In this document: positions 22,321-32,550 of the stretch, one piece after another
Layout: each line of letters starts with the position of its first letter
Numbering within the stretch: position 1 is the first letter of the stretch
Assembly (NCBI GenBank): GCA_963743525.1
Contig: CAVUQH010000003.1
Location: 448,001 to 512,000, forward strand
Length of the DNA stretch: 64,000 nucleotides
Direction: 5' to 3'
Source: an uncultured delta proteobacterium
GTDB lineage: Bacteria > Myxococcota_A > Polyangia > Haliangiales > Haliangiaceae
Notes under the pieces: model-generated
What the model saw: only the letters and a program-made list of their open reading frames with translations
Told to the model about the DNA's origin: nothing
Database searches by the model: none
Position numbers and translations under genes: made by a program

Positions 22321-23370
22321 ATGTCCGACGAGGATGTCCAAACCGGTGGCTGGGACGCCATCACCGCCGCGTGCGACGCGATCTATCCCGACCAGGAGCC
22401 GCGGCACTACGGCACCCTCATCAAGTACATGCTCGGCGGTCCCGATCCGATCGACGGGATCAGCGTCTACACCAACGATGATCCGGTGCCGCACTGGCAC
22501 TACGTCACCTACGGCTTCTCGGAGCTGTACGAGAAGGAGAGCGACGACCCCGAGGAAAGCGGCTACGGCTTCGAGCTGACCTTGCGCCTGGCGCGCAAGC
22601 CGGGCGAAGAAGAGCCGCCGGTGTTCGTCGCCAACTTCCTGCAGAACCTGGCCCGCTACGTGTTCGACAGCGGCAACGTCTTCGAGGCCGGCGAGCACAT
22701 CGACTTCAACGGCCCGATCGCCGCGGGAACCGATACGGCGATCACCGCTGGTTGTTTCGCTGCGGATCCCGAGCTGGGCGAGATCGACACGCCCAACGGT
22801 CACCTGCGGTTCGTCCAGGTCGTCGGTATCACCGCCGACGAGCTGGACGCGATCAAGACGTGGAACACCAACGGCGTGCTCGGTCTGCTCGCCCGGGTTC
22901 ACCCCAAGTGGGTCATCGACACCGCACGGCGCTCGATCCTCGAGGACGCCGCGCTGGCCGACGAGGTGCGCGCCAAAGCCGCCTCCGAGGGATCGTCGAC
23001 CGGCGCGCTCTACTCGTCGTCGCTGGAGATCGAGCCGGCGGGGGACGGCGCGCACATCCGCATCGGCGCCCTCGAGATGCGCTCCATCGCCGCCGTGCTG
23101 CCCGGCCGGTTGCCCCACGGCCGCGACCTGTCGATCAGCGGCCGGAGCTCGATGTTGGTCTTCCACCCCGGCGAGGCGTCGGGGCTCGCGGTCGAGGACG
23201 AAGACGTCTACGTCATGTCGCTGTCGGATGCGGCCTGCGCCGAGGTCGTCGGCACGCTGCGCCCGGAGCGCGGCGAGTATCGCTTCGCCGAGCTCCCCGA
23301 CCTGGTGATCGAGGTGGTGCCCACCGAGATTCGCGCGCAGAACGGCGACGTCGTCGAGGTCATCGGCTGA
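22321..23370 (+). CDS. Suppressor-of-fused (SUFU) domain protein
   Basis: GWDAI, LGGPDPIDGIS, HWHYVTYGFSELY, SGYGFELT, LQNLARYVF, TPNG. Confidence 0.9.
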   Translation: MSDEDVQTGGWDAITAACDAIYPDQEPRHYGTLIKYMLGGPDPIDGISVYTNDDPVPHWHYVTYGFSELYEKESDDPEESGYGFELTLRLARKPGEEEPPVFVANFLQNLARYVFDSGNVFEAGEHIDFNGPIAAGTDTAITAGCFAADPELGEIDTPNGHLRFVQVVGITADELDAIKTWNTNGVLGLLARVHPKWVIDTARRSILEDAALADEVRAKAASEGSSTGALYSSSLEIEPAGDGAHIRIGALEMRSIAAVLPGRLPHGRDLSISGRSSMLVFHPGEASGLAVEDEDVYVMSLSDAACAEVVGTLRPERGEYRFAELPDLVIEVVPTEIRAQNGDVVEVIG

Positions 23371-24148
23371 GCCGGGACTCGACGCGATACTCCTCGTATT
23401 CGGCGACAACCTCGAAGCCGAGCCCGCGATAGCAGCGGAGTGCCACGGCGTTGTCCGCATGGACGTTGAGGCCGATGGTGCTGACCGACTCGAGCAGCGA
23501 CTGGCACACGCGCGCGGTGACCTGGCGACCGAACCCCTTGCCCCGCTCTTCGGGCAGCGTGGTGATGTTGCCCAGCGCCGCGACTCCGTACTGCGGCGAG
23601 TAGACGTGCACCCCGGCCACGGCCGCCAGCGATCGACCGCGGCGCGCGGCGAAATACTGGCCGGTCTCGAGCATCCGCGGCACGAACCAGTTGCCGGGGT
23701 AGCTGCGCTGATAGAACGCGCGCAGCTCTTCGTGATCCTCGGGGCCGAGTGGCTCGACGCCGCCGGTGGCGACGGCTGTGGCCTTGTTCGGCGCCTCCAG
23801 GGCCATCTTCAGGTGCGGCCCGCGGGAATGGAGCTCTGCGTCGCCGAGCTCGCCGGCGAGCCCGGGCGAGAGATGGGCGTAGAAGAGCCGGGGAAGCTGT
23901 GGCCGGATCGCCCGAAGCAGCGCGGCGGCTTCATCGAGGTGCGTCCGTTCGAGGACGACCAGCGTGGGCACCGCCGATCCGGTGAAGAGCAGCGCGACGC
24001 TGAGGAGCTCGCCGTCCGGAGCCCAGCCGAACCAACGCGTGTCGGCCCAGAAGAACGGATCGAGGTCGCCGGTCTCGTAGATGTGCAGCGCCTGATCCCG
24101 GGCGAAGAACTGCGCCAGCGCAGCCTTGTCGGAGGTAGCGATCAGCAT
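23360..24148 (-). CDS. GNAT-family acetyltransferase
   Basis: LGNITTLPEERGKGFG and LNVHADN...YRGLGF. Confidence 0.85.
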   Translation of the reverse strand: MLIATSDKAALAQFFARDQALHIYETGDLDPFFWADTRWFGWAPDGELLSVALLFTGSAVPTLVVLERTHLDEAAALLRAIRPQLPRLFYAHLSPGLAGELGDAELHSRGPHLKMALEAPNKATAVATGGVEPLGPEDHEELRAFYQRSYPGNWFVPRMLETGQYFAARRGRSLAAVAGVHVYSPQYGVAALGNITTLPEERGKGFGRQVTARVCQSLLESVSTIGLNVHADNAVALRCYRGLGFEVVAEYEEYRVESRLSR

Positions 24149-24155
24149 CTGCCGG

Positions 24156-24686
24156 TCAGTTCGTTGGCGCGGGTGCCGCCGGGACGCCGGCGTCGGTCTC
24201 TTCCTTGACCAGCCGCTCCAGGCGCGGGTGGACGTGGCCGTCCTGGATCGGCACGAAGCGGTAGCGGGCCACGGCGTAGCCGGGGAGGATGAAGACGAAG
24301 TCGTGCGGCTTGCCGTCGGCCAGTCCTTCCCAGTAGGTCGGCGTGTGGCCGACGCGCTCGTTGTCGACCAGCACCTGAGCATTGGCCGGCGTTGACCGCA
24401 GGGTCAGATGGACGATCTTTTCCGGGCGGTTGTGCCGCGGCGGCTCGGGGGCCGCGTGCCACTTGGTCTGTCCCGGAGGCGGATCGAGGAAGCCGACGTC
24501 GTCCTGGTCGGCCCTGGTCGGCTTGGTCTGTGGCGCCGGCTTTGCCGCAGCGACGCCGGCGTCGGTGGTGACGGCGGGCGCTCGCGGCGTCTTTTCGTGC
24601 GTGCGCGCGCGCGTGTCGTCGCCACCGGAGCAGCCGCCGAGGGCGATCAGCAGCATCACGACAAGGGCTCCGCGCACGCGCGTCAT
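24156..24686 (-). CDS. PEGA-domain lipoprotein
   Basis: Lipobox LGGC and LRSTPANAQVLVDNERVGHTP. Confidence 0.75.
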   Translation of the reverse strand: MTRVRGALVVMLLIALGGCSGGDDTRARTHEKTPRAPAVTTDAGVAAAKPAPQTKPTRADQDDVGFLDPPPGQTKWHAAPEPPRHNRPEKIVHLTLRSTPANAQVLVDNERVGHTPTYWEGLADGKPHDFVFILPGYAVARYRFVPIQDGHVHPRLERLVKEETDAGVPAAPAPTN

Positions 24687-24860
24687 CGGCGGTCAGGCTA
24701 CCAGAAATCGGCTGCGTTGGCGCCGGAGCCCCGGCGCCGACGGCTGCCTACCCGGGTGGTTCTCGCTCCTGATCGCGGCAGATCGAGCAGCACTGGTCCA
24801 CCGAACTTTTTCAGACTGGTACTTCTCACGGGCCCGCTTCAGTCCCATCGTCGTCTCACC

Positions 24861-25538
24861 ATGACGAACACCCAGTTGAAGACGGAGCGAACGCGCTGTC
24901 GCCGCCTGCCCGCGCGAGGTCACTACGACCGCGACACCGTGTACGCGATTCTGGACGCGGCGATGGTGTGCCACATCGGTTTCGCGTTCGACGGCCAACC
25001 GTTCGTCATTCCGACGATTTACGTGCGCACGGACGATCGTCTGTACGTGCACGGGGCGGTGACCAGCCGGATGCTCACACAGCTGCGCAACGGTGCTCCG
25101 GTCTGCGTCACGGTGACTCACATCGACGGCCTGGTGCTGGCGCGATCGGCGTTTCACCACTCGATGAACTACCGCTCCGCGGTGGTGCTGGGCACGGCCG
25201 TCGAGGTCGACGACCCCGACGAGAAGTCCACCGCGTTGCTGGCGCTGGTCGAGCACGTCATGGCCGGACGGTCAGCGGAGGTGCGCCCGCCCTCGGCCAA
25301 AGAGCTGCGCGCGACCAGCGTGCTGCGGATTCCCATCGAAGAGGCATCGGCCAAGATGCGGGTTGGTCCGCCCGTTGACGACGCCGAGGACTACGCGATG
25401 GGCTGCTGGGCCGGCGTGATCCCCATGGCGCCGGGCTACGGCGCGCCCGAGCCGGATCCCCGCCTCGCCCCCGGCATCGACCTGCCCGACTACGTGCGCG
25501 AGCGTTACCAGCGCACGCGCTCCATGCGCGGATCGTAG
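24861..25538 (+). CDS. Pyridoxamine 5'-phosphate oxidase-like flavin-binding protein
   Basis: RGHYDR...ILD, PFVIPT, DGLVLARSAFHHSMNYRS, WAGVIP. Confidence 0.9.
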   Translation: MTNTQLKTERTRCRRLPARGHYDRDTVYAILDAAMVCHIGFAFDGQPFVIPTIYVRTDDRLYVHGAVTSRMLTQLRNGAPVCVTVTHIDGLVLARSAFHHSMNYRSAVVLGTAVEVDDPDEKSTALLALVEHVMAGRSAEVRPPSAKELRATSVLRIPIEEASAKMRVGPPVDDAEDYAMGCWAGVIPMAPGYGAPEPDPRLAPGIDLPDYVRERYQRTRSMRGS

Positions 25539-27961
25539 AGCGGGCGCAGCGACGCGCGCGCCGGGTAGCTGCGGCCGGCGATGTCGATGCTCCAGTCGCC
25601 GGAGTCGATCCACGCCTTGGTGATCGGCTCGTCGGCTTCGATCATGGCCAGGCCGACGGCGCCGCCCAGGGTGTGGCCGTACGACGCCGCGCGCATGTAG
25701 CCGAGCGGAACGCCGTCGCGGTGGACGATCTCGCCGTGGAACATCAGTGGCTCGGGGTCGGTGACCAGCAGCTGCAAGAGGCGCTTCTTCAGCGGGCCGG
25801 CCGCCTTCTGCGCCAGCACCGCGTCGCGGCCGATGAAGCCGCCCGGCTTGTCGAGGTCGACGGCGAAGCCGAGCCCGGCCTCGAGCACGGTATCGGTGTT
25901 GTCGATGTCGTGGCCGTAGTCGCGGTAGCCCTTCTCGAGGCGCAGGCTGGCCAGCGCCTTGAGCCCGGCGTGGACCAGCCCGACCTGCTCGCCGGCGGCG
26001 ACCAGCCGCTCGTAGACGTGCATCGCCTGCTCGGTGGGGATGTACAGCTCGTAGCCGAGCTCGCCCAGATAGGTGATGCGAATGCACAGGACGCGGGCGA
26101 AGCCGACGTCGATCTCGCGGGCGCAGCGGAATGGGAACGCCCGGTTGGACAGATCGGCGCTGGTCACCGCCGCAAGCAGCTCGCGCGAGCGCGGCCCCTG
26201 CACGTTGATCTGCGCGTAGCCGCTGGTCACGTCGGTGACGAAGGCGTGCCGATCGCCCAGGTGGCGCTTCATCCACGCCGCCGCGTGGCCGTGCGCGGTA
26301 TCGGAGGCGACCACCAGGTAGTCGCCGTCGTCGAGCTTGGTCACGGTCAGGTCGGCTTCGATCGTGCCGAGTCGGTTCAACCACTGGGTGTACGTGATCA
26401 TTCCCGGCTCGCCGTCGACGCGGTTGGCCGAGATCTGCTCGAGGAACCGGCCGGCGTCGCGGCCCTGCACCCGGAACTTGGCCATGAACGACATGTCCAT
26501 GACGATGACGCCCTCGCGCGCAGCGCGGTGCTCGGCCGCCCAGTAGGGGAACCAGTGCTGGCGCCCCCACGACAGCTGTCCGACCTCGGGCTCGACGCCC
26601 GGCGGCGCGTACCAGTCGGGCGACTCCCAGCCGCTGACGTCGCGAAAGTGCGCCCGCTGTCGGGCCAGCCGATCGTGCAGCGCCGAGCGCTTGGCGCCGC
26701 GCGCGGTCTGCAGCGACCGCGTCGGGTAGTGGCACTGGTAGACCATGCCCAGCGACTCGACCGTGCGCGTGCGCCGGTAGTCGGGGTTGGCCTGATACGG
26801 GTGCAGCCGGGCGATGTCGAAGCCGGTGACGTCGACGTCGGGCTCGCCCTCGATGATCCAGTGGGCCAGGACGCGCCCCAGCCCGCCGCCGGTGAGGATG
26901 CCGATCGAGTTCATGCCCGCGGCGACGAAGTAGTTGGCCAGCTCCGGCGCCTCGCCGACGATCGGCTGCAGATCGGGGGTGAAGCTCTCGGGGCCGCAGA
27001 AGAACTTCTTGACCCCGGTCTCCATGGAGATCGGCACGCGGGCCATCGCCTTTTCCAGGTACGGGGTCATCCGATCCCAATCCGGCGGCAGCGAGCCGAA
27101 CGAGAAGTCGTCGGGCACGCCCTCGACCTTCCACGGCGCGCAGACCGGCTCGAACAGGCCGATCATCAGCCCGCCGACCTCCTCGCGGAAATAGCCGTAC
27201 GAGCCCGGATCCTCGAGCACGGGCCACGACGAGCTCAGCTCGGGGATGCGCTCTGTGATCAGGTAGTAGTGCTCGGCCGACTGCAGCGGGATGTTCACGC
27301 CCGAGCGCGCGCCCAGCTGGCGCGCCCACATGCCGGCGCAGTTGACGACGTACTCGCACTCGATGTCGCCCTGCTCGGTACGCACGCCGGTGACCCGACC
27401 GTTGTGGTGGAGGACGTCGACCGCCGCGCAGCCCTCGACGATGCGCGCGCCCTGCAGGCGCGCCCCTTTGGCCAGCGCCATGGTCACGTCGACCGGGTTG
27501 GCGCGGCCGTCCTCCTTTACATAGAAGCCGGCCAGCACGTCGTCGGTGCGCGCCAGCGGAAACAGCTCGGCGACCTCGGCCGGCGAGATCTCGTGCACGT
27601 CCACGCCGCACAGCCGGTTGAACGCCGACACCCGCCGGTACTCCTCCAGCCGGTCGGGCTCGGTCGCCACCTCGATGAAGCCGGTGGCCTTGAAGCCGGT
27701 CGCCTGTCCGGTCTCGGCCTCGAGCCGGTCGTACAGCTCGCGGGTGTAGATGCGCATCCGCGTTGACGTCTCCGAGAACGAGCCGAACGACACGATCAGC
27801 CCGGCCGCGTGCCAGGTAGTGCCGCAGGTCAGCTGGTCGCGTTCGAGCAGCACGACGTCGTTCCAGCCCATGTGGGCAAGGTGATAGGCGACGGAGCATC
27901 CGATGATGCCGCCGCCGATGATGACGACGCGGGCGCGGTCGGGGGGCTGCGCGGGGGACAT
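25505..27961 (-). CDS. GcvT-family FAD-dependent oxidoreductase (sarcosine/dimethylglycine dehydrogenase-like)
   Basis: IIGGGIIG, GTTWHAAG, GPESFTPD, and a GcvT domain with YLGELGYEL and LRLEKGY. Confidence 0.93.
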   Translation of the reverse strand: MSPAQPPDRARVVIIGGGIIGCSVAYHLAHMGWNDVVLLERDQLTCGTTWHAAGLIVSFGSFSETSTRMRIYTRELYDRLEAETGQATGFKATGFIEVATEPDRLEEYRRVSAFNRLCGVDVHEISPAEVAELFPLARTDDVLAGFYVKEDGRANPVDVTMALAKGARLQGARIVEGCAAVDVLHHNGRVTGVRTEQGDIECEYVVNCAGMWARQLGARSGVNIPLQSAEHYYLITERIPELSSSWPVLEDPGSYGYFREEVGGLMIGLFEPVCAPWKVEGVPDDFSFGSLPPDWDRMTPYLEKAMARVPISMETGVKKFFCGPESFTPDLQPIVGEAPELANYFVAAGMNSIGILTGGGLGRVLAHWIIEGEPDVDVTGFDIARLHPYQANPDYRRTRTVESLGMVYQCHYPTRSLQTARGAKRSALHDRLARQRAHFRDVSGWESPDWYAPPGVEPEVGQLSWGRQHWFPYWAAEHRAAREGVIVMDMSFMAKFRVQGRDAGRFLEQISANRVDGEPGMITYTQWLNRLGTIEADLTVTKLDDGDYLVVASDTAHGHAAAWMKRHLGDRHAFVTDVTSGYAQINVQGPRSRELLAAVTSADLSNRAFPFRCAREIDVGFARVLCIRITYLGELGYELYIPTEQAMHVYERLVAAGEQVGLVHAGLKALASLRLEKGYRDYGHDIDNTDTVLEAGLGFAVDLDKPGGFIGRDAVLAQKAAGPLKKRLLQLLVTDPEPLMFHGEIVHRDGVPLGYMRAASYGHTLGGAVGLAMIEADEPITKAWIDSGDWSIDIAGRSYPARASLRPLYDPRMERVRW

Positions 27962-28125
27962 GGCTCCGCAGCATACTCGGGCGATCCCGCCGATTCGACC
28001 CCGACCTCTGGAAGGGAACCAACGTTGTGGAAACGCGCTGCCCGGCCGGAACCCGGTTGCGCCGCGGGTCGTCCAGCCGGCGAAAGGTCGCGATGGCGTT
28101 GTTCGAGTCGTGTAGCATCAGGGCC

Positions 28126-28828
28126 GTGCCGAAGCCCTGGCTGTGGGGGGTGGTTGCGGTGTCGCTGCTCGGTTCCGGTCGCGCGGCGGCGGAGCCGACG
28201 CGGCACGAGGGGTTGCTCGTGCCCACGGCCTACGCGCTGCGGGACGGCACCATCGCGCTGACGAGTCGCGATCTGGTCGTGCTCGGCGCCGGCATGGGCA
28301 TCGCCGACCGCCTGGAGCTATCCGCGGCCGTCGCGCCGCCGCCGCTGCCGATGAACGGCGGCTGGATCAGCGCCAAGGTGGTGGCGTGGCAGCGGCCGCG
28401 CTATCGCATCGCCGTCCACGGCCTGGGGATCTTGTTCCGCGACACCGTTGACACCGACACCCACGATCCGTTCAACCATGTGGATCGGCGGCGGCGGCGC
28501 GCTGCTCACCGTCTGCCTCGACGCGGCGTGCACGAGCCTGGTCACGGCGGGGGGCTATCTCGCCGACAGCACCGAACGCGGCCCCTATGCCGTGCCGGTG
28601 GCGACGATCTCGGTGCCGTTGCATCGCCACCTCTCGCTCGTCGCCGATGTGGTGGGCGCGCTGGCCCTGTTCCAGGCTCCACTGTACGAATGGCGCGACG
28701 ATCCGCACGCCTTCGCCGGCGTCGGGCTGCGCCTGGTCGGCGGGCGGTTCAGTGTCGACCTCGGGGTCATGGACCAGTTGACCGGTTCCGTGCGGCTGCC
28801 GATCCTCAACGCCACCGCCGTCTTCTAG
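28126..28828 (+). CDS. Hypothetical outer membrane protein; probable 1-nt insertion at ~28471
   Basis: Signal peptide, PTAYAL motif, amphipathic strands and terminal Phe. The frames join if GTTCAAC (28470-28476) is read as GTCGAC. Confidence 0.55.
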
Positions 28829-28861
28829 GCCGGCGCAACGCCGCGGCCCGCCCTGTGCCGT

Positions 28862-30037
28862 CTAGCGGTTGCGGCCCAGCTCGCGCAGTCGCCGGTGGGC
28901 TTCGGCGTAGCCACCGTCGGCGCCGTCGATGAAATGCACGTGGTCGGTCTGGCGGTCGTAGACGATGCAGGTCATGAGCGCGGCATCCGAGGTGTGGATG
29001 CCGTAGCGCAGGGAACCCGCCCGATACTCCTGCTCGAGGAACGCCTGGAGCGCGTCCAGCTGCTCGGTCGTGAGGTTGACGACCATGCGCAGCATGCCGT
29101 CGAACTTCCGGTAGTCGGACCGCTCCGTGACCGACTTGCGGTAGGCCGGCCCGTCGAACGAGCCCAGTCGCTTGCCCCGGCGCATCAGTGACGCGCCGAT
29201 GCCGGTGATCAGTCGGGTGCGCCGGCGGTAGAGCGCGTAGCGGAGGCCGCCCGGCGCGCGGGTCTGCAGCGCGGCCTCGGCGTCGAGATCGTGGAGCTGG
29301 TCGGTCAGGATGGCGTTGTCTTCGCCGATCGGCTTGATGATCTGATCGTCGGCGAGCTGGCGGAGGTTCTCCAGCACCCGGCGGTAGGTGGCGTTCTCCT
29401 CCGCCGGCGACGTCGCGGTGGCGGCGACCAGGATGCTCGCCATGGTTCCGTGTCGCGACTTCAGCGGCCGCCAGCGGCAGTGCAGCCCCTTGAAGCTGGC
29501 GCGCATCGGTGGCGGCTCCTCGCTGACCACCGAGATCTGCGGGCCGAGCACGGGATCCTTGAGGCGGCGCACCGCCTCGTTGACGCCCCGCCCGGCGAAC
29601 ATGGCGAGGTCCAGCTCCGGGGCGACCCGATAGCGGCCCACGCGGAGCTCGAACCCCTCGTCGCGCAGGGCGGCGACGGCCATCGTTCCCGCCCGCAGCT
29701 CCAGGCCGAACAGCTGCCGTGCCAGCCAGGCCAGCTCGTTCAGCGCGCCCTGCACGGCAGCGAGGTGTTCGTCGGGAACCAGCAGGATCGCGCCGTCGCC
29801 ACCGAAGCAGTAGGGAATCCGGGCCTGCCCGCAGGCGTTCCGCGCCCCGGCGATGGAGGCGGCGCCGATCAGATTCACGTCCTTGTAGCGCCCCTCTTCG
29901 ATGGCCTCGGTCGAGCCGCGGATGTCGGTGACCGCGATGTGCCAGCCCGACGGCGCCGGGGCGAAGTGACGTTCCTCCGTGATCCCGAGGAAGTCCTCGA
30001 ACGGCTCGAGCTTGTCGAAGAAGTCCGCCGCGCCCAC
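28862..30037 (-). CDS. DUF3095-family protein
   Basis: TDIRGST.AI..GRYKDVN, FGGDGA, GLHCRW, SDYRKFDGMLRMV, HVHFIDGADGGYA. Confidence 0.85.
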   Translation of the reverse strand: MGAADFFDKLEPFEDFLGITEERHFAPAPSGWHIAVTDIRGSTEAIEEGRYKDVNLIGAASIAGARNACGQARIPYCFGGDGAILLVPDEHLAAVQGALNELAWLARQLFGLELRAGTMAVAALRDEGFELRVGRYRVAPELDLAMFAGRGVNEAVRRLKDPVLGPQISVVSEEPPPMRASFKGLHCRWRPLKSRHGTMASILVAATATSPAEENATYRRVLENLRQLADDQIIKPIGEDNAILTDQLHDLDAEAALQTRAPGGLRYALYRRRTRLITGIGASLMRRGKRLGSFDGPAYRKSVTERSDYRKFDGMLRMVVNLTTEQLDALQAFLEQEYRAGSLRYGIHTSDAALMTCIVYDRQTDHVHFIDGADGGYAEAHRRLRELGRNR

Positions 30038-30164
30038 GAGGCTGTAGAGTACCGCACTCGCCGCCGGCCCCGCTGTTGGCAACCGACAACAGTGCCCGGC
30101 CTCCCGCTGATGGCTGCGGCCAACGGCGAGCTGCCTGCTGGGCCGCGCCGGCGCCCGATCTCGC

Positions 30165-30180
30165 GGGCACGTCGCTTGCT
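30165..30180 (+). promoter_or_regulatory. Putative sigma54 -24/-12 promoter of the acyl-CoA ligase/hydrolase pair
   Basis: GGGCAC-GTCGC-TTGCT (GG-N10-GC). ATG begins 14 nt after the GC. Confidence 0.6.
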
Positions 30181-30193
30181 TCGAGCCGGCATC

Positions 30194-31693
30194 ATGCACG
30201 CGGGAGATCTGCTTTCGGCGCGCGCCGAGCTGACGCCCGACCGCGAGGCGTTGCTGGAGCGGGCCACCGGGCGGCGTTTCTCGTACGGCGAGCTCAACCA
30301 GCGGGCCAATCGCATCGCCCACGTGCTCCGCGATCGCTGTGGGATCGGTGCCGGCGACCGGGTCGCCATGCTGGCGCACAACTGCGTCGAGTATGTGGAG
30401 CTGCTCTACGCCGCCGGCAAGATCGGCGCCGTACTGGTGCCGCTGAACTGGCGCCTCACCCCGGTCGAGCTGGCCCACATCGTCGGCGACTGCGAGCCAG
30501 CGGTCATCGTCGCCGGGCCCGAGCTCGCCGAGGTTGCGGCCACGCTGCGCGCGCAGTGCGGCGTCGCTCACCTCATTACCATCGGCGGAGGTGACCTCGA
30601 CGACAGCCTCGACTGGGACCGGGCCACCGCCGCCGCCAGCGCCGGCGAGCCCGAGCGGCCGCCCCTCGACGGCGACACGCCTCACTGCATCATGTACACC
30701 AGCGGGACCACCGGCCGGCCCAAGGGGGCGATCATCCCCCACCGCCAGGTGCTGTGGAACTGCATCAACACGGCCGTCGGCTTCGGTCTCAGCGAGGCCG
30801 ACGTCACCCCGGTGTTCACCCCGCTGTTCCACGCCGGCGGGCTGTTCGCGTTCCTGACTCCGGTGCTCTATCTCGGCGGGCGGGTGATCCTCGGCCGCAC
30901 CTTCAGCGGCGGCCCGGATCTGCTGACCATCGAGCGCGAACGCTGCACCGTGGTGCTGGGCGTGCCCACCATCTTTCGCATGTGGCGCGACAGCCCCGAA
31001 TACCAGACCGCCGACTTCGGTCACGTTCGCTACTTCATCAGCGGCGGCGCGCCCTGTCCCGCGCCGCTGATGCAGGGCTGGCGCGACGAGAAGCGGGTGG
31101 TCTTTCGCCAGGGCTACGGTCTCACCGAGGTCGGTCCCAACTGCTTTGCCATGACCAACCGGGACTCGGTCGCCAGGGCGGGCTCGGTGGGCAAACCGAT
31201 GTTCCACACCCGCGCCGCGCTGTTGGGCGGCGGCGACGTCGGCGAGCTGCTCCTCGCCGGCCCCCACGTCTGCAGCGGCTACTGGCGCAATCCCCGAGCC
31301 ACCGCCGCGGCGATTCGCGACGGCTGGTTCCACACCGGCGACATCGCCCGCCGCGACGCCGACGGCTTCTACTACATCGCCGGGCGCGAGAAAGAGATGA
31401 TCATCAGCGGCGGCGAAAACGTCTACGCCGCCGAGGTCGAGGCGGTGTTCAACGACCACCCCGACGTCGCCGAGTCGGCGCTGATCGGCGAGCCGGACGA
31501 GCGCTGGGGCGAGGTCGGCGTGATGGTGGTGATCGCGCGCCGGGAGGTGTCGGAAGAGACGCTGCTGGCGTTCTGCGGCCAGCGCCTGGCTCGCTACAAG
31601 ATTCCCAAGCGGGTGGTGTTCGCCGGCGACTTCCCCCGCACCGCTCTGGGCAAGCCGGTGAAGCCCGAGCTGCAGAAGCTGTACAGCCGATGA
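30194..31693 (+). CDS. Acyl-CoA synthetase (AMP-binding, FadD/MenE-like)
   Basis: YTSGTTGRPKG, QGYGLTE, GWFHTGD, MIISGGENVY, RTALGK. Confidence 0.93.
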   Translation: MHAGDLLSARAELTPDREALLERATGRRFSYGELNQRANRIAHVLRDRCGIGAGDRVAMLAHNCVEYVELLYAAGKIGAVLVPLNWRLTPVELAHIVGDCEPAVIVAGPELAEVAATLRAQCGVAHLITIGGGDLDDSLDWDRATAAASAGEPERPPLDGDTPHCIMYTSGTTGRPKGAIIPHRQVLWNCINTAVGFGLSEADVTPVFTPLFHAGGLFAFLTPVLYLGGRVILGRTFSGGPDLLTIERERCTVVLGVPTIFRMWRDSPEYQTADFGHVRYFISGGAPCPAPLMQGWRDEKRVVFRQGYGLTEVGPNCFAMTNRDSVARAGSVGKPMFHTRAALLGGGDVGELLLAGPHVCSGYWRNPRATAAAIRDGWFHTGDIARRDADGFYYIAGREKEMIISGGENVYAAEVEAVFNDHPDVAESALIGEPDERWGEVGVMVVIARREVSEETLLAFCGQRLARYKIPKRVVFAGDFPRTALGKPVKPELQKLYSR

Positions 31694-32550
31694 ACAGACC
31701 CGAACCCACGCGCAGCGGCTACGAGGAGTTCGCCGGCGACGGCGTGCGCATCCACTGGGACTACTTCGGTCGCGGCGAGCGCGAGGTGATCGTGTTCCTC
31801 AACGGGCTGGGCATGCTCACCGAGTCCTGGTACACGTCCGTGCCCCAGGTGCACCCGGAGTTCGACGTGCTGCTGTTCGACTACCCCGGGCAGGGCAAGT
31901 CGACCCGCGACGACGCGCCGCGATCGATCCCGCGCCTGTGTGACTACCTGGCCGCGATCCTCGATCGGCTGGCCATCGACCGCGTCCACACCCAGGGCGT
32001 CTCCTACGGCGGCTTCGTCACCGCCGACTTCGGCCGCCTCTACCCGGACCGCCTGCACACCCAGACCCTGTCGGGCATCCAGCTGACCCGGACCCACCTG
32101 TTCCAGATGTACCAGGAGCTGTCGCTGGCGTTCTACGAGCAGGGCGAGCCGATGTTCGACCTGTACACGCGCTACCTGTACGAGAAGATGTTCAGCGAGA
32201 AGTTCCTCGAGCGCATCCACACCAAGGTCGATCGGATGCGCGAGAAGTTCTACGACAACTACCGCCGCGACGTGCGCTGTCTGGCCCGGCTGACCGAGGC
32301 CCAGGACCCGTTCTTCGCCAACATCGACCGCGACATCGACGGCTACCGCGCCGTCACGGCGCCGACGCTGATCATCGCCGGCGAGCACGACCACTGCATT
32401 CCCGTGTGGGCCCAGCAGAAGCTGGCCGACATCTATCCCAACAGCCGATTCCTCGGCTTGCCCGGCTGCGGTCACCTCACCTACTTCGAGGAGCCGGAGC
32501 TGTTCTGGGGCAACCTCCGCGCCCTGGCCCGCAACAAGACGATCGATTAG
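31690..32550 (+). CDS. Alpha/beta hydrolase
   Basis: GVSYG nucleophile elbow, GEHD, GH. ATGA overlap with the ligase. Confidence 0.88.
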   Translation: MNRPEPTRSGYEEFAGDGVRIHWDYFGRGEREVIVFLNGLGMLTESWYTSVPQVHPEFDVLLFDYPGQGKSTRDDAPRSIPRLCDYLAAILDRLAIDRVHTQGVSYGGFVTADFGRLYPDRLHTQTLSGIQLTRTHLFQMYQELSLAFYEQGEPMFDLYTRYLYEKMFSEKFLERIHTKVDRMREKFYDNYRRDVRCLARLTEAQDPFFANIDRDIDGYRAVTAPTLIIAGEHDHCIPVWAQQKLADIYPNSRFLGLPGCGHLTYFEEPELFWGNLRALARNKTID

